Source of the DNA: Catajapyx aquilonaris | Taxonomy: Eukaryota | Assembly: GCA_000934665.2 (NCBI GenBank) | Contig: JYFJ02000293.1 | Span: forward strand, 1-64,000 | Direction: 5' to 3' | Length of the DNA: 64,000 nt | In this document: positions 34,901-59,640 of the stretch, piece by piece | Layout of the letters: the number at the start of each line of letters is the position of its first letter | Numbering within the stretch: the first letter of the stretch is position 1 | The notes under the pieces: generated by a model | Database searches by the model: none | What the model was told of the DNA's origin: nothing | Seen by the model: the letters and a program-made list of their open reading frames with translations, nothing else | Position numbers and translations under genes: made by a program

Positions 34901-37790
34901 TTTTGCGCTTGTTACTGCCTAGCCTCGTGACACATGGAAAAATAATGTGAGCAAGATGCACTTCCCAACATGCTGCACAACAATACTTTGGTTTGGGATT
35001 TTTTTTTTGCTTTTTGCTTTTTTTTTTTTTGCATCTATCTGCCTGTACTTACATCCACTTCCGCCTTGATAATATTATTTGGAGGTGGGATGGAAACAGT
35101 GAGATCAACATTTATTATCAACGAATGGCGGAAGCATTTTTAAAAAAATAAAAAAGCCTTTCCTTTTGATCATATCAAGAGGCTTTTGAAAATATCCTAG
35201 TCACTTTTCTTACGTAATTTTTTCACTTGAAAATGAAATCAGACCTTAATTAGCTGTAACAAAACCTTCAAGTACAAACAATTTTAAATGTTAGTTAAAT
35301 AATTATTTGCCAATCAACATATTTTAACTACACACGCCCTACATGTTAAAACTTTACATTTTATTTACTAATAACACAATTTCCCTACAACTACTCTTTC
35401 TCCAGCACATAATGCAGTAGCCCCCAAAAAAGTTAATTAGATCTCTTGAAAAAAAAAAGCCCTTAGTAACTACAAACTAAGTCAGCCTCGTTTACACATA
35501 ATTATGCTCCTAACGAAACTACACGGAATATGTCCCATTGCCATAAGTCTCTACACGGCAACACACGGATGCAAATAATGTCAGGTGTGATTATTACGGG
35601 GGGAAAAAATAATAATCAATATCTTACATTCTAAATATCCCACGGTATCGAGCTTCATGCTTAAAATGTTCAAGGGCCTGCAATAAACTGACATCATATG
35701 GATTACTCTAAATGTTACCAAGACATTCAACGAATATTCTCGAAAAGTTTACTCACAAGGAAATCGCAAATTACGTCGGTTCTAGTCTTGACACTTGTTT
35801 CAAACACAGAAAACATTTTGCACCACTAAAATCAAACTGAATGAATTACTGATTACGGCTCAAGAACTGATAACAGCATATTGTGATGCCGAGTTCCAAA
35901 AAATATCAAGCAGCCATTTTTGTATCAAGCTAACCATGGCGTACAAAAGTGACAGTACGTACAAATGCATTCTTGATCTTGTTATTAATGCAAGAGCGTT
36001 TTTACCTGACATACAACATGTTTCAGTAGTCACAGTCATGAAAGGCCTCTTTTCGCATTTTAGCAAATAACGATATCAAAAGACATTGGCCGCAGCATTG
36101 CTTATAATAAAAGAGCAATGACACTAAAATCCAAACCCACAATCAAAAGAGGTCGTTTGCACTTGTAGCATAAGCATCCTTGAAGGAGGATTGGAGGCCA
36201 GAATTAGAAACTATGCAAGTGTAGAGCCATAAATAGACGGTACCAATAACAATGGCTTCCCCTTCAGTCTGCACCACTTACACAAAGCAGTTATGTCCAT
36301 TCATGCCGCTACGTAACAGCGGTTGAACCCAGAAGTTAGTTTCAATAAAATCAATGCTGCTTTTTAAAATTCGGACTACAAGTGACCCCCCAAAAAAAGG
36401 CCTTCGAACTGTGCATCCACTGAAACATCCGAACCTTTCCGGATTAAAAGTTACACAATGCTACAAACTACGTGATCTTATTCATAACCTTAATCTACAA
36501 AAAAAAAAGGCAAGAGGGAAAATACTGTAATCTATTTTAAAAACCCATCCTGCCCTACAAGGTCAAGAAGAGCAAATTCAAGATGCTAGTAACTTGTATG
36601 CAATATGAAGGACTAACAAGAACGGTTGCAGGAATCGGCTAGAACCCACAGAATGTCTACATGAACCGCAGATCCGATATCCGCATTCATGAGAACTTGC
36701 AAAGGATTGGTCAGAGAGAACAAACCGAGATCGGGTGAACGTTAAGGAAAGGTACTACGTGGAAATTTGAGAGAACTGGTGAGAACTGACTAGAGCTGGT
36801 AGAGAGTAATAACCAGACTAGATAAGCACCAATATTCCTATAATTAATAACTGCCCTTTATCCCCCCCGTATATAGCAACATGTAAGAAGTGCTCACCTT
36901 AAACCGAACGACATCCTCCATCTTGGCTTGCTTTCCATCCGACACGCAGCTGTGGAAGAAAGACGGTGCTACGGAGACACCCAGCGCTTCAGAGGTCATC
37001 CCCGTGTTGGCCCTCTCTGCGTTGGTGGCAATCACTCGGAAGGTTCCGAACAACAGCACCAGCAAATGCTGGGTCGGAACCGGCAAGGAGGTGACCAGCT
37101 GGTGGATGTGGTCTCTTTGATCTTCCAGCCGATCCATCTGGAGAAGCTGGAACAAGGATCGCTCCCCCTCACGTCCAAACACCCCGCCTGGCAGCTTGCG
37201 AAGTAATTTCTTGAGCACTGACGCTATCGTGTAGGTGGAGAAGTTGTCAATGTTGACAAGCCGGCCTGTCTGGAGGAAGTGGACTAGCTTCTTCATGTTG
37301 GCCGCATGGCCTGGCGCACGGAAAACATCCTTCTTCCAAGGTCCCTCCTTGTTCAGTTTCAGGACCATAACCAGCAACGGACCTGGGATATCATTGCGGC
37401 AAACCTCCTCCAAAGGGACGCCAAACTTCACTCTGTAATAAGCAGCCGGTAAAATCAGAAGGAATGTACCTGAAGGCGTACTGACTTCTCAAGCCTGGGA
37501 GGATAAGCAGGAACGTCCGGATGGCCGCAGGAGGTGACCACCGTTCCGATAGTGGCTGCCCTCCGGTGCATCCTCTGGGCCCAGCTGCCCATCCCTCCTC
37601 CGCCGCCTGAAGACGCACTCTTCACCACTAGAACCCCCTCGTCCCCTGCTCCGCTGCTGGGAGACCCCTCCCCATCTCCTCCCCCGCTGCCCCTCCCACG
37701 CATGATCCTTCCCCTGCGATGGTGGTTGGCAGGTGAGGAGGTAGAGGAAGAGGATGCTGATGAAGATGAGTCACCGCCACACATTCGCAT
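28985..37790 (-). CDS. Rho GTPase-activating protein, 677 aa
   Basis: Exons 37790-37486, 37432-36898, 34097-33935, 33161-33084, 32167-31812, 30663-30435, 29352-28985 (2034 nt); RhoGAP domain KFGVPLEEVC..DVFRAPG (arginine finger)..ASVLKKLLRKLP..MTSEALGVSVAPS; start codon tentative (acceptor at 37812 implies an upstream exon). Confidence 0.88.
29403..29773. mobile_element. foldback MITE, ~370 bp
   Basis: TIR CCAGGGAGCATATACTACATAAGAGG at both ends; arms pair over ~150 bp; degenerate flanking GTACGTC/GTACGGC. Confidence 0.85.
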
Positions 37791-39006
37791 CCACCACCCA
37801 ACTCCACCATCCTGAAGAAAATAAAATCACATTAAATAAATGCTTGCGCACATCACAATGTCATAGCGACTCTGAGTCACACACAAAGGTGAGTCACATC
37901 TTCCTGACTTTTCCAGCCAAAAGCCTTCATCACGTGGTATGAAATTATCTCCAAAGAACAGACCAACTTTGGAAAAACAAAGCTATGAAAAGGCTATCAC
38001 TGGTTCACAACAAAAACCGCTAATGAATCCACTAATCAACCCAGACTGACCTGATTGACAAATAAAATCCTGCTGGGCTCAGTTACCTCTTTTGTGGGCA
38101 TGATCCAACCAAATGAGTCACCCAGACTTCCATTTGCGAGTGACTAAACACAGAAACTGTGTATGGTGACGCAACAGTCGATGGAGATATGAACCTTTAA
38201 AACATAAAGCGACTCGGCTGTTTAAAAAGCAGCAAAAATGATAACACAATCGTAACCAGGCCGTGTGAAAAAAAGAGACGCACTAAAAGATACCCCATCA
38301 GTACAGATATATACTTCATGTATCTGACATGCAATATTGACATAAACAGTGTACAGAGCGTTTATGTACATAAAATATGCCCCGTTCAAGTGTATCAATG
38401 AGGTAATTACACTAGGCCAGCCAGGATACATGTTGACTCACCCACTGCACATAGACAATGACTCGGAAACAATGGAGCAGGTGCATGTACGTACAGTCTC
38501 GGCCAAATGTCTGGGGCATGTACACAAACCTGTGAAGCTTCCCATTGTAATTTTCATGTGCTATGCCTGTACATACATAAATTTATGTGACATGCTACAG
38601 GCATAAATCACACTTGTAAATAACGGTGCCAGTAATCGCATGTAGTAATTAGAGAAAATATCATGCAGTATCCGCAACTCCATGTGTGTTCACGTCGCAC
38701 GTGTCATTGCCATTGAACGTACTAGAAAAGATCACGCGTTGCACATGCAAGCGAGTTGGTGCTGATGAACTCCAACTTCCCCTGATAATAATTACGTCCA
38801 GCAAGTCCTTGGACTTGGAACACTGAAGGGCAGCGGAGCTACTCGCATTTCAATATCCGGCGACAACGACATTAGCCTGGTAATCAACATAACAATCCCT
38901 TCAAGGCCAACCTGCACAAACTGCAGCCAATTTCCAATCTCTCTTACTAGTGTTTACTAACTTACACTTACTTACGGTTGGTTACTGATGCCCCATTGCA
39001 CCAGCC

Positions 39007-39091
39007 GAAATTACAGATCTGATAGCTCCTACTAATGGATCCCTTTAAATGTGGCTAACGATCTGTTAGGAGCTATCGAATCGGTAATTTC
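39007..39091. repeat. imperfect hairpin
   Basis: GAAATTACAGATCTGATAGCTCCTA pairs with TAGGAGCTATCGAATCGGTAATTTC. Confidence 0.65.
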
Positions 39092-39227
39092 GTTAGACAT
39101 GAGCGCTGTACATGATAAAACAATTTCCCCCCCAGAAAATCCGAGAAAATCACTACATATTTGTACGGACTTTCCAAAAGAACCTAGGTTTTATATACTG
39201 ATCTTGGCGAAACCGGCACTTACATGT

Positions 39228-39690
39228 AATTACACTTACTAACTTACAAGTACTTACACTTACTAACTTACAAGTACTTACACTTATTAGTTACCAGTTC
39301 TTAAACGTACTAATTTACTCCACTTACTCGACTGACACTTACTAACTTACAAGTACTTACACTTACTAACTTACAAGTACTTACACTTACTAACTTACAA
39401 GTACTTACACTTACTAACTTACAAGTACTTACACTTATTAGTTACCAGTTCTTAAACGTACTAATTTACTCCACTTACTCGACTGACACTTACTAACTTA
39501 CAAGTACTTACACACTAATTAGTTATGAGTACTTATACTAATTTAATCCACTTCCACTTACAAGTACGGTACTTACTCGACAAACACTTACAAGTACAGA
39601 ACTTACACTTACAAGTACAGGACTTACACTTACAAGTACGGTACTTACACTTACTCCACTTACAAGTACAGTACTTATTACACTTACAAG
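39228..39690. repeat. ACTTAC/ACAAGT low-complexity minisatellite (resumes at 40029-40095)
   Basis: Units such as ACTTACTAACTTACAAGTACTTAC, with a higher-order duplication. Confidence 0.9.
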
Positions 39691-40028
39691 GGGGAGACGG
39701 AGTGGCGCTGTGGTAACGTATGCGCCCACGGATGTTAAGGTCCCGGGTTCGATCCCAGCCCGGGGACACCCCCTTCATCTCGTGCAGAGTTCGGGGTCAT
39801 CTCTGGCTTCGTCTCGGGTGGTATTTCCACAGACTAAACCACCCGGGGGAGTTCACTAAAAATGGCCACATAAAGACATTGCTCTGCACCTTGCACATCC
39901 CCTCCTGTCATCCTGCCCGTGGGCCCGGGTGCTTCGCAACAAGGTTCCAAAATGTGTACGACGACACAATAAAGGTCCGTGCTGAATACCGTAAGGTCAA
40001 GCACTACCCCCAGGATTATTATTATTAC
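39691..40028 (+). mobile_element. tRNA-derived SINE
   Basis: Pol III A-box TGGCGCTGTGG and B-box GGTTCGATCCC in the first 75 nt; ~250-nt body; 3' stem-loop; (ATT)n tail; flanking direct repeat TTACACTTACAAG (39678-39690 / 40029-40041). Confidence 0.8.
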
Positions 40029-40106
40029 TTACACTTACAAGTATTTACACTTACTCCCAATTACTTAGTATACATTTACTTACTACACTTACTAGGTACA
40101 TGTGTA

Positions 40107-40241
40107 ATAACCTCCTGAGACCCCTGGTACAGTATACTGTACCTTTGTTTTTGTTTTTTTTGTTAACGCGTTTGAGTTAGTCAGAAGGTGCTGGAAAAAC
40201 CAAAGGTACAGTATACTGTACCAGGGGTCTCAGGAGGATAA
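40107..40241. mobile_element. piggyBac-like MITE
   Basis: Perfect 37-bp TIRs CCTCCTGAGACCCCTGGTACAGTATACTGTACCTTTG (40111-40147 / 40201-40237); ATAA duplicated on both sides. Confidence 0.8.
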
Positions 40242-40704
40242 TTTAATGAACTGGACGGAATGGTTCCGGACGCAGGCTCTTTTTTCCAGTGTGGGCCTGC
40301 CTCACGCCTGTTTTCCCTTACTTTTTGTCCCACACAGTACCGGGTTCTTTGCCTTGTTTTGTTCCCAATCAATTCTCGGTCCATAAAAATGATTCGATGG
40401 AACAGGTACCCACCTCGTGTCAATTGGCACTCATTTCGGCCCCTCTTTCCTCTGGGGCCCTGATGGTGGTGGTGGTCCCCTTATTTCGGAGAGGAATAGG
40501 CCCAGGTGGGTGGGGGCAGCCCAACCCCCCGGGTCCAGCCCCGGCAAAAACCCCTCAAAAATTAATTAATTAAAAACTTGCAGGGTACGGCAAAGACCCT
40601 GGGCGAGGAGGAACTTCCAGTCCTAATAATGTTCCACTCGCCCCGTTCCTTTTTTTTTTTTTTCTTTCTTTTTTTTTCCTTTCCTTTCCCGACTCTCCCC
40701 GACG

Positions 40705-41009
40705 CAGGGTTGCCAGATCAGCAAAAACACGAACCTAAGCTTTCACTTTTTTAAATGAAGAAAGAAAGCACTTTTAATTTTACAAAGTACATCTGGTTGT
40801 ACGCCATTAAATATTAATTATTAACACTTGAACGCATCGTAAACTGTTGCACCCGCTAAAAATGTTCGACCGACACACATTTTACTAACAAAATTATTTA
40901 ATTAACTAATTAAGTGTGTTAATAATTTTAACTTATTTTAACATACTTTTTTTTGTTTAAATGTCACCATTAATTGGCGAGTTGTTCGGTGGTGCATCTG
41001 GCAACCTTG
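40705..41009. promoter_or_regulatory. inverted CAGGGTTGCCAGAT pair in the probable RhoGAP/INCENP divergent promoter
   Basis: CAGGGTTGCCAGAT (40705) and ATCTGGCAACCTTG (40996-41009) enclose an AT-rich spacer; probable INCENP 5' UTR donor CAG|GTGAG at 41230. Confidence 0.4.
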
Positions 41010-41395
41010 TTTCAAATTCAAAATCGGTCCGTTTTTTTTTTCCCTTCCCTTTCCCTTCTTTTTTGGCCAACGGTCGTTCCAGTTCCACGAGACGTGTTCG
41101 GCTCCTTTCTTCTCTTCGGGCCCATTTTTTGGTGGGGTTCTGTTCCCAACCAGACGAAGGTTCTACTTAGCTGCTGTGGGCAGCCCCCGGTTGCCTCGGG
41201 GCTCAGGTCTTCAAGAGTTGTCAGCTGCAGGTGAGAAGTTTTGGGCTGATTTTTTTTTTGTTCGATTTATATATGGAACATGGAACAAAAATGTTCCATT
41301 ATGGACAAGTTTCGCACTAATTTAAAGCCAATTAGTGGATTAAACTGTGTAAGATTAACCGTGGTTAGAATATGCACAAATATGTTGTCATTTTT

Positions 41396-42202
41396 ATGTA
41401 CTATCTGCAACAAGAAGGTTTTGGCCGCTTTGTATACTATCTGCGGCAAAAAGTTAGGCCGCTATTTACTATCTGTGACAAAAAGGTTTAGGCCGCTTTG
41501 TACTATCTGCGGCAAAAAGTTTGGGCCACTTTTTACTATCGGTGACAAAAAGATTGGCCCGCCTTTTACTATCTGCGGCAAAAAGTTTGGGCCGCTTTTT
41601 ACTATCTGCGGCAAAAAGATTGGCCCGCCTTTTACTATCTGTGACAAAAAGTTTGGGCCGCTTTTTACTGTCTGCGACAAACAGATTGGCCCGCCTTTTA
41701 CTATCTGCGGCAAAAAGTTTGGGCCGCTTTTTACTTTCTGCGACAAACAGATTGGCCCGCTTTTTACTATCTGCGACAAAAAGTTTGGGCCACTTTTTAC
41801 TATCTGCGGCAAAAAGATTGGCCCGCTTTTTACTATCTGCGGCAGAAAGTTTGGGCCGCTTTTTACTATCTGTGACAAAGTTTGGGTCGCTTTTTACTAT
41901 CTGCGACAAAAACTTGGGGCCACTTTTTACTATCTGCGACAAACAGATTGGCCCGCTTTTTACTATCTGCGGCAGAAAGTTTGGGCCGCTTTTTACTTTC
42001 TGTGACAAAAAGTTTGGGCCACTTTTTACTATCTGCGGCAAAAACATTGGCCCGCCTTTTACTATCTGTGACAAAAAGTTTGAGCCACTTTTTACTATCG
42101 GCGACAAAAAGAATGGCCCGCTTTTTACTATCGGCGACAAAAAAGTTTGGGCCGAAAATGTCAGGCGAAAGTGGCCCAACCGTTTTGTCACGGATAGTAC
42201 AT
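41396..42202. repeat. 33-bp minisatellite (~23 units) inside a TIR element in the INCENP 5' UTR intron
   Basis: Unit TTTTTACTATCTGCGGCAAAAAGTTTGGGCCGC; ends ATGTACTATC... and ...GATAGTACAT are inverted. Confidence 0.9.
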
Positions 42203-42255
42203 TCTGATAATGCTTACAGCGTTTATGATTGATTCTCCAGCAGATAGAGTTTACG

Positions 42256-44104
42256 ATGGGGGACGTTGGAGTTGCTGCGTACAACCGCGGCGTGGAGCGA
42301 TTCATGGGTCACATAGGGTCGCTCGCAAATGTAAGCACCGTCAGAGTGCATATGAACGCAATCTTGGAAATGAGCAAGGACAACATGAGTTGGCTGGAGC
42401 AGGTCAAGAGAGACTTTGCCGCACTCACCAAGCATGATGCTCTGCTGCCGTCCACTCCTGGGTTGAAGAGGAAGAGGCGGACCAAGCGGACAACCAGGCT
42501 GGAGCAGACTCGGAATGCGGAACCGGAGCCACGGCTGTCCACGCGGCCCAGGCGGCAAGCCTCGGACATGGCTCTTGTGCGGATGTCTCGAGTCAGAGAG
42601 CTGGAGTCGGCCACGAAGCTCCGGCAACCTAGTGAGGAGGAACTCAGGTCATCGCATGTCAAACAGCCGTTGGAGGAGCTGGATGAGGTACGTACTAAAT
42701 CAGCCGTTGTGTACGGACACTTACTAATAGTTTTTAACCACAGGCGGATGCTGAAGTCGAGAAGGTAGTTCCAGCCAAGAAGGCCAAGGTCTCCCCGCCG
42801 TCTCCGGAGCAGTCACCACCGATGAGGATGACCAGATCTCGTATGCGTAAGCCAGAAGCCATTGCAATTCCCAATCAGAATCAGCCGTCGGGGAGTAAGC
42901 TGACTCCGCCGATGCATGTGCCAGCCAGCCACAAGACAGCAACAGCGGAGAAGGTGACTCCAACGCAGCCTCCACCTAAACTAAGTCCAGGGTCGGTCAA
43001 AGCAAAGGTCGCAGCCTATGAAGAAGCTGTACAGAGCGGTGTGGCCTCAGAGCCGCGTCTGTCCAGCAGCCGCCTGTCCGTCGGGCAGCGTCTGGCCCGG
43101 AAGAGCATCGCCCGAGCCAAGCAAGTCCTGCGAGTGGCCAAGGTGCCGAAGAAGCGTGTGGGCGACCCATCCCCTGCGATTCAGGAGCGGATCAAAAGGC
43201 TGAAGACTCGCACCCTGAGTAATAATGCTAAGATGAAGGATACGCCCGGCAAGCTGATTGCCTGGGAGGAGCGTGAGGCGGAGGCCAGACGCAAGAAGGA
43301 GGAGCTGCAGAAGCGGAAGGCGGAAGAGATGCGGCTGCGCAACGAGGCAGACGCTCAGAGGGCCATGAGGGCACGGAAGCATCAGGAGACAAAGCAGAAG
43401 GAAGCGAGAGACGCATTCGAGGCTAAGGAGGCGGAGGCGCAGAAGAAAGTTGCGACTCCGGTTGCGATGCGAAAGGCGCTTCTGAAGCAACAGCACAGCA
43501 AGAAGGTTAACCAGAAGACGGGCGTGATCGTCGAGGAAGAGCCGCCTGCTGAAACCCCACCTGTCGTGGCAGCGGAAAACGCTGATGCCACTTTTACAAA
43601 GGCGGCTAACTCCACATTCACAATGGATACAACCGTCACCAAGGATTCCGCCAATCCCGTCACCAAAAGCACCGCCATGAAAGACGCCAACTCCACTTTC
43701 ACGTTGGACGCTAATTCGACATTCACCAAGGAGGCACCGGCGTCATACCAGGTACGTTCCTTCGTTTACACGGTACAAATTGCGGATCTAACAAAACAAA
43801 TTTCCAGGTGACGCCTACTCGCGATGAGCTTCCAGCTCCTCGGCGTCCTTCAGGCGATAAGGCCAACAATTACGATATTGCGGACATCGCTTCGGATGAT
43901 TCGACGGACGATGAGGATCAGCCCAAGAAGTACGTCCCGGAGTGGGCTTCTGGGAAGTGGCTGGATAAGGTCCTGGTTGCTCAGCAGGTCATCGGTGCCG
44001 AGGACATCTTCGGCCCTCCTCCGCAGACCTTCCGCTTGGAGGAGATCTTCGGAAAGGGGAAGGGATACATGAAGAGGACCTCGTCTGCCGTCTGGAATAA
44101 TTGA
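42256..44104 (+). CDS. INCENP: inner centromere protein, 578 aa
   Basis: Exons 42256-42687, 42744-43751, 43808-44104 (1737 nt); N-terminal WLEQ..LLPSTPGLKRKRR; charged single-alpha-helix region; IN-box NYDIADIASDDSTDDEDQPKKYVPEWA..KRTSSAVW. Confidence 0.92.
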
Positions 44105-44765
44105 GGCGTCTTTTTAAGGCTGATCGTTTCTTTTGTGATGCACTGTTGATATGAGTTCGCGTTTTATGCATATTAAAAAAATAGGAAGAATATACCAATC
44201 ATGACTTAAAAATCCGGTTGGTTATTATCGTACGCAAAAAGTGTAATTTTTTTTGAAAATGTAGGCACTCGTTACAAATTTTGACAAATTTTTAAGGAAT
44301 CAGCCCCCGGGGAAAAAAAACCTATTAAAAGGATTTACGACTGGAAATATGATCTGCAGTCTGATTGTTTTAAAAAATTATTATTATTATTGTAATATTT
44401 TTAATCCTCTTCCTAGTTTACAAACGGCTTATTTGGATTGATGGCGTGTTTTCTGCCTAATTATAGCAGCATTGCAATCATGACGAACCCTTCTTTTTAG
44501 AGACGTTAGGTTCGGCGTGAGTTTTACAAGAGCGTGTGGTTGTACAGTGAAATAATTGCCAGTGTGTGGTCAATGCGGCCAATATTTATGGAGCAATAAA
44601 ACTTTTGAGTTATTGAAGTACACGCCTGTTTGCTAACACCTGACGAGGTATTGACGATGTATGAAAATCATTGATTTTTTTAAAAAGGCGATTCATCCAA
44701 CATGAAGGCGTGGTCGTTACGTGCGCAATACCGCAGTCGGTTCAGAGTGTGAACGGTTTTCCGAT

Positions 44766-46014
44766 ATGGCTTTGATAGGTTCGGACCTTCCTGTGGGTAT
44801 CTACGAGTCGTTTGGTTCACTGGCTGGGCTGTCCCGAATATTTGGCATATTTTTTGTCGTTAGGACCGATCGGTATGCCCCAAAGTGGGCGTTGCTCGTA
44901 ATTGTGCCGACAGTGTGCATTGCGGCTAATGTCGCATGGCTCACTTGCACGCCTTGGAGGAACATGTTTTCGCTGAACAGCGTCATCCACTCCTTACACA
45001 TGTTCAATATCCTAAACATGACGTGCACCATGGTCGCCATGTACATAGCCTTTGCATCCAACTCCCACCGAGTTTGTACACTGCTCCTAACGTTCGAAGA
45101 GTTTGACCAAATTTACGGCGGTAATGAAGATGCGAACCAAAAAGCGCAAAGTATTGCCAGAGCCGCAACTACATTGTTTTTGGCCTACTTTTTTGGGATA
45201 GTCGCATTTTCAGTTGCGTACCACCCGTTTCATTACGGCTCATTTTGGATGCCCGTCATATTTGAGCTGCTGAACCAAACGGGGCGTCAGATATCGTTGG
45301 TGTTGCTGATGCAAGTTGTGTTCTTTTCCGAGTCGATTCGAGCCAGGTTCAAGCTGGTCAACACCCACATTGAATCAGTTATTGCGTATCTGCCGCAAAC
45401 CATCTCCCAATCGAACCACAGGAACAGGAAGTTTCCGCCACGATTGACCCAAATCAGCGGCGTTTACAACATCCTCTGTAATCTGGTCCGCACCACGAAT
45501 AGTTGCTACAGCATTCCAATAGCCGCCACGTACTTGTACTACTTCGTGGACGTTACTCTGACAGCTGCTGAGGTCCTCCTAAACTCCGGATCGCCACAAA
45601 ATACAATCCGTCACCTTGGATTCCTCCTGCCGAGAGTGATCGTACTATTCCTGGTCACATGCGTTTTAGAGCGATTGCCGCAAGAGGTACGGTTAACACT
45701 CGCTTTAAGTATGTCACATTTTTAAAATCCTAATTACAGGCCTCGGCTTCTATGCCTGGATTTCGCGGAGTCGACATATCATCATTCGACTTGGACAGCA
45801 AATTTCAGTTCCAAGCATTGGTCGCACAAATATCCGACAACAAAGCCGAGATCTCCGCTTGGTTTTTCCAAATCCGCAGCAGTATCATAGTTACGGTACG
45901 TACTTTTCAATCGCAAAACATGGAACGTACATAATGTTCAATATTTCACAGATGGCAACATCATGCATCACTTTCCTGATCGTTTTGGCGCAATTCAAAG
46001 GAGTCGAGCTGTAG
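44766..46014 (+). CDS. gustatory receptor (7TM chemoreceptor), 379 aa
   Basis: Exons 44766-45686, 45740-45895, 45952-46014; multiple TM segments; two C-terminal phase-0 introns; TM7 motif TFLIVLAQF (Gr consensus TYhhhhhQF). Confidence 0.88.
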
Positions 46015-46740
46015 CCGAATATTTATCCGCAAGGTGTACGCCCCGCTTTAATTTCACACGAAAAAAAAAATCGCTGTCCGCAACATTCATCGCAAAACAA
46101 TTTTTAACAAGGAAAAAATAAGCACATCAAAAAGTACTAAATAGCACTTCATTTACTGCAATAATTTTTAACAATAATAATAATAAAGAATAAAAACATG
46201 TTAGTTAACCCAATCAACCCTTTCAATTATTAAGTATTTTTTCCCCCCATCATTTCTTAAGTACAACAATTGCACTACGTCTTTGTTTTTTTTGTACCAC
46301 ACCATAATTATTATTAAAACAATGATGGTAATTTTTTTTAAAAAATGAAACGTTCCTGAGATTCGCAGACCCCAAAACAAACAAAAAATGGTCCCTGCCA
46401 GTTAAGGTTAAACTATGCAGATAATAATCTCTTCTTTTTTTTTCCCCTTATAAAATCTAATCTCTGTATAATAATACCAACGACGATATTTTTTTTGTAA
46501 ATCTCTCACTCGCCCATTAGTTTCCGAGCGTATAAAACAAACAAGCAGAGTATAAAATACTGGAATCTCTTGGACATTTCAGGTTGTTTTTTTTTTTTGT
46601 GTCGTAAGCGGCATCGAGTTTCACTCGCCTCGAGTTTTTAAGTACTGATTCTTGAAGATCTTTCGTTCTCTAGTAGTTCGTGGGGGGGAAGACACACGCT
46701 TCACAGCCTTCACATAAAAAATTGTTCATAATCTCTTCAT

Positions 46741-59246
<12,506 letters not shown>

Positions 59247-59439
59247 GGCTCGGTCTAATCCCACCAACACACTTCATGTCTCCTCTCCTCCCTTGTCTCT
59301 GGATGGTGGGTTTTACAACAGACAGGAACAACAGGAAGAAACGGGGAAGAAGAAGAAGTGAAAGTCTCTCTCTGGAAAAGAAGTCTGGGAATCGGAGGAG
59401 GGAGGGGCTTCAAGTGGGTGGAGCCTACACAATGGAATC

Positions 59440-59640
59440 CGGAATGCGATTGGGTCCAACCAAGCATTCGGACCAATCGGAGTGAAGCCCACACGCCGAT
59501 TCTGGCACTGATGGTTTGAACATGCACATACCCGCCACTAAACGCATGCGCACTGTGGATCCTACCCGTAAGTAAAGTATGGGGAGCACTGTAATACGAT
59601 GTTGAATGTGCAAACTGAAGGACGGGCCAATGAATCGAGA
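59440..59640. promoter_or_regulatory. probable Ptp10D / CCDC40-side divergent promoter
   Basis: ATTGG ~59449, CCAAT 59473 and 59627, CCCGCC 59531, CGCATGCGCA 59543. Confidence 0.45.

Noticed and set aside
37433..37469. RhoGAP donor CAG|GTACAT at 37469
   Set aside because: Gives a 37-nt intron with phase mismatch; AA|GTCAGT at 37485 restores the frame
39691..39772. Functional tRNA gene
   Set aside because: No clean cloverleaf or oligo-T terminator; continues into a SINE body, tail and TSD
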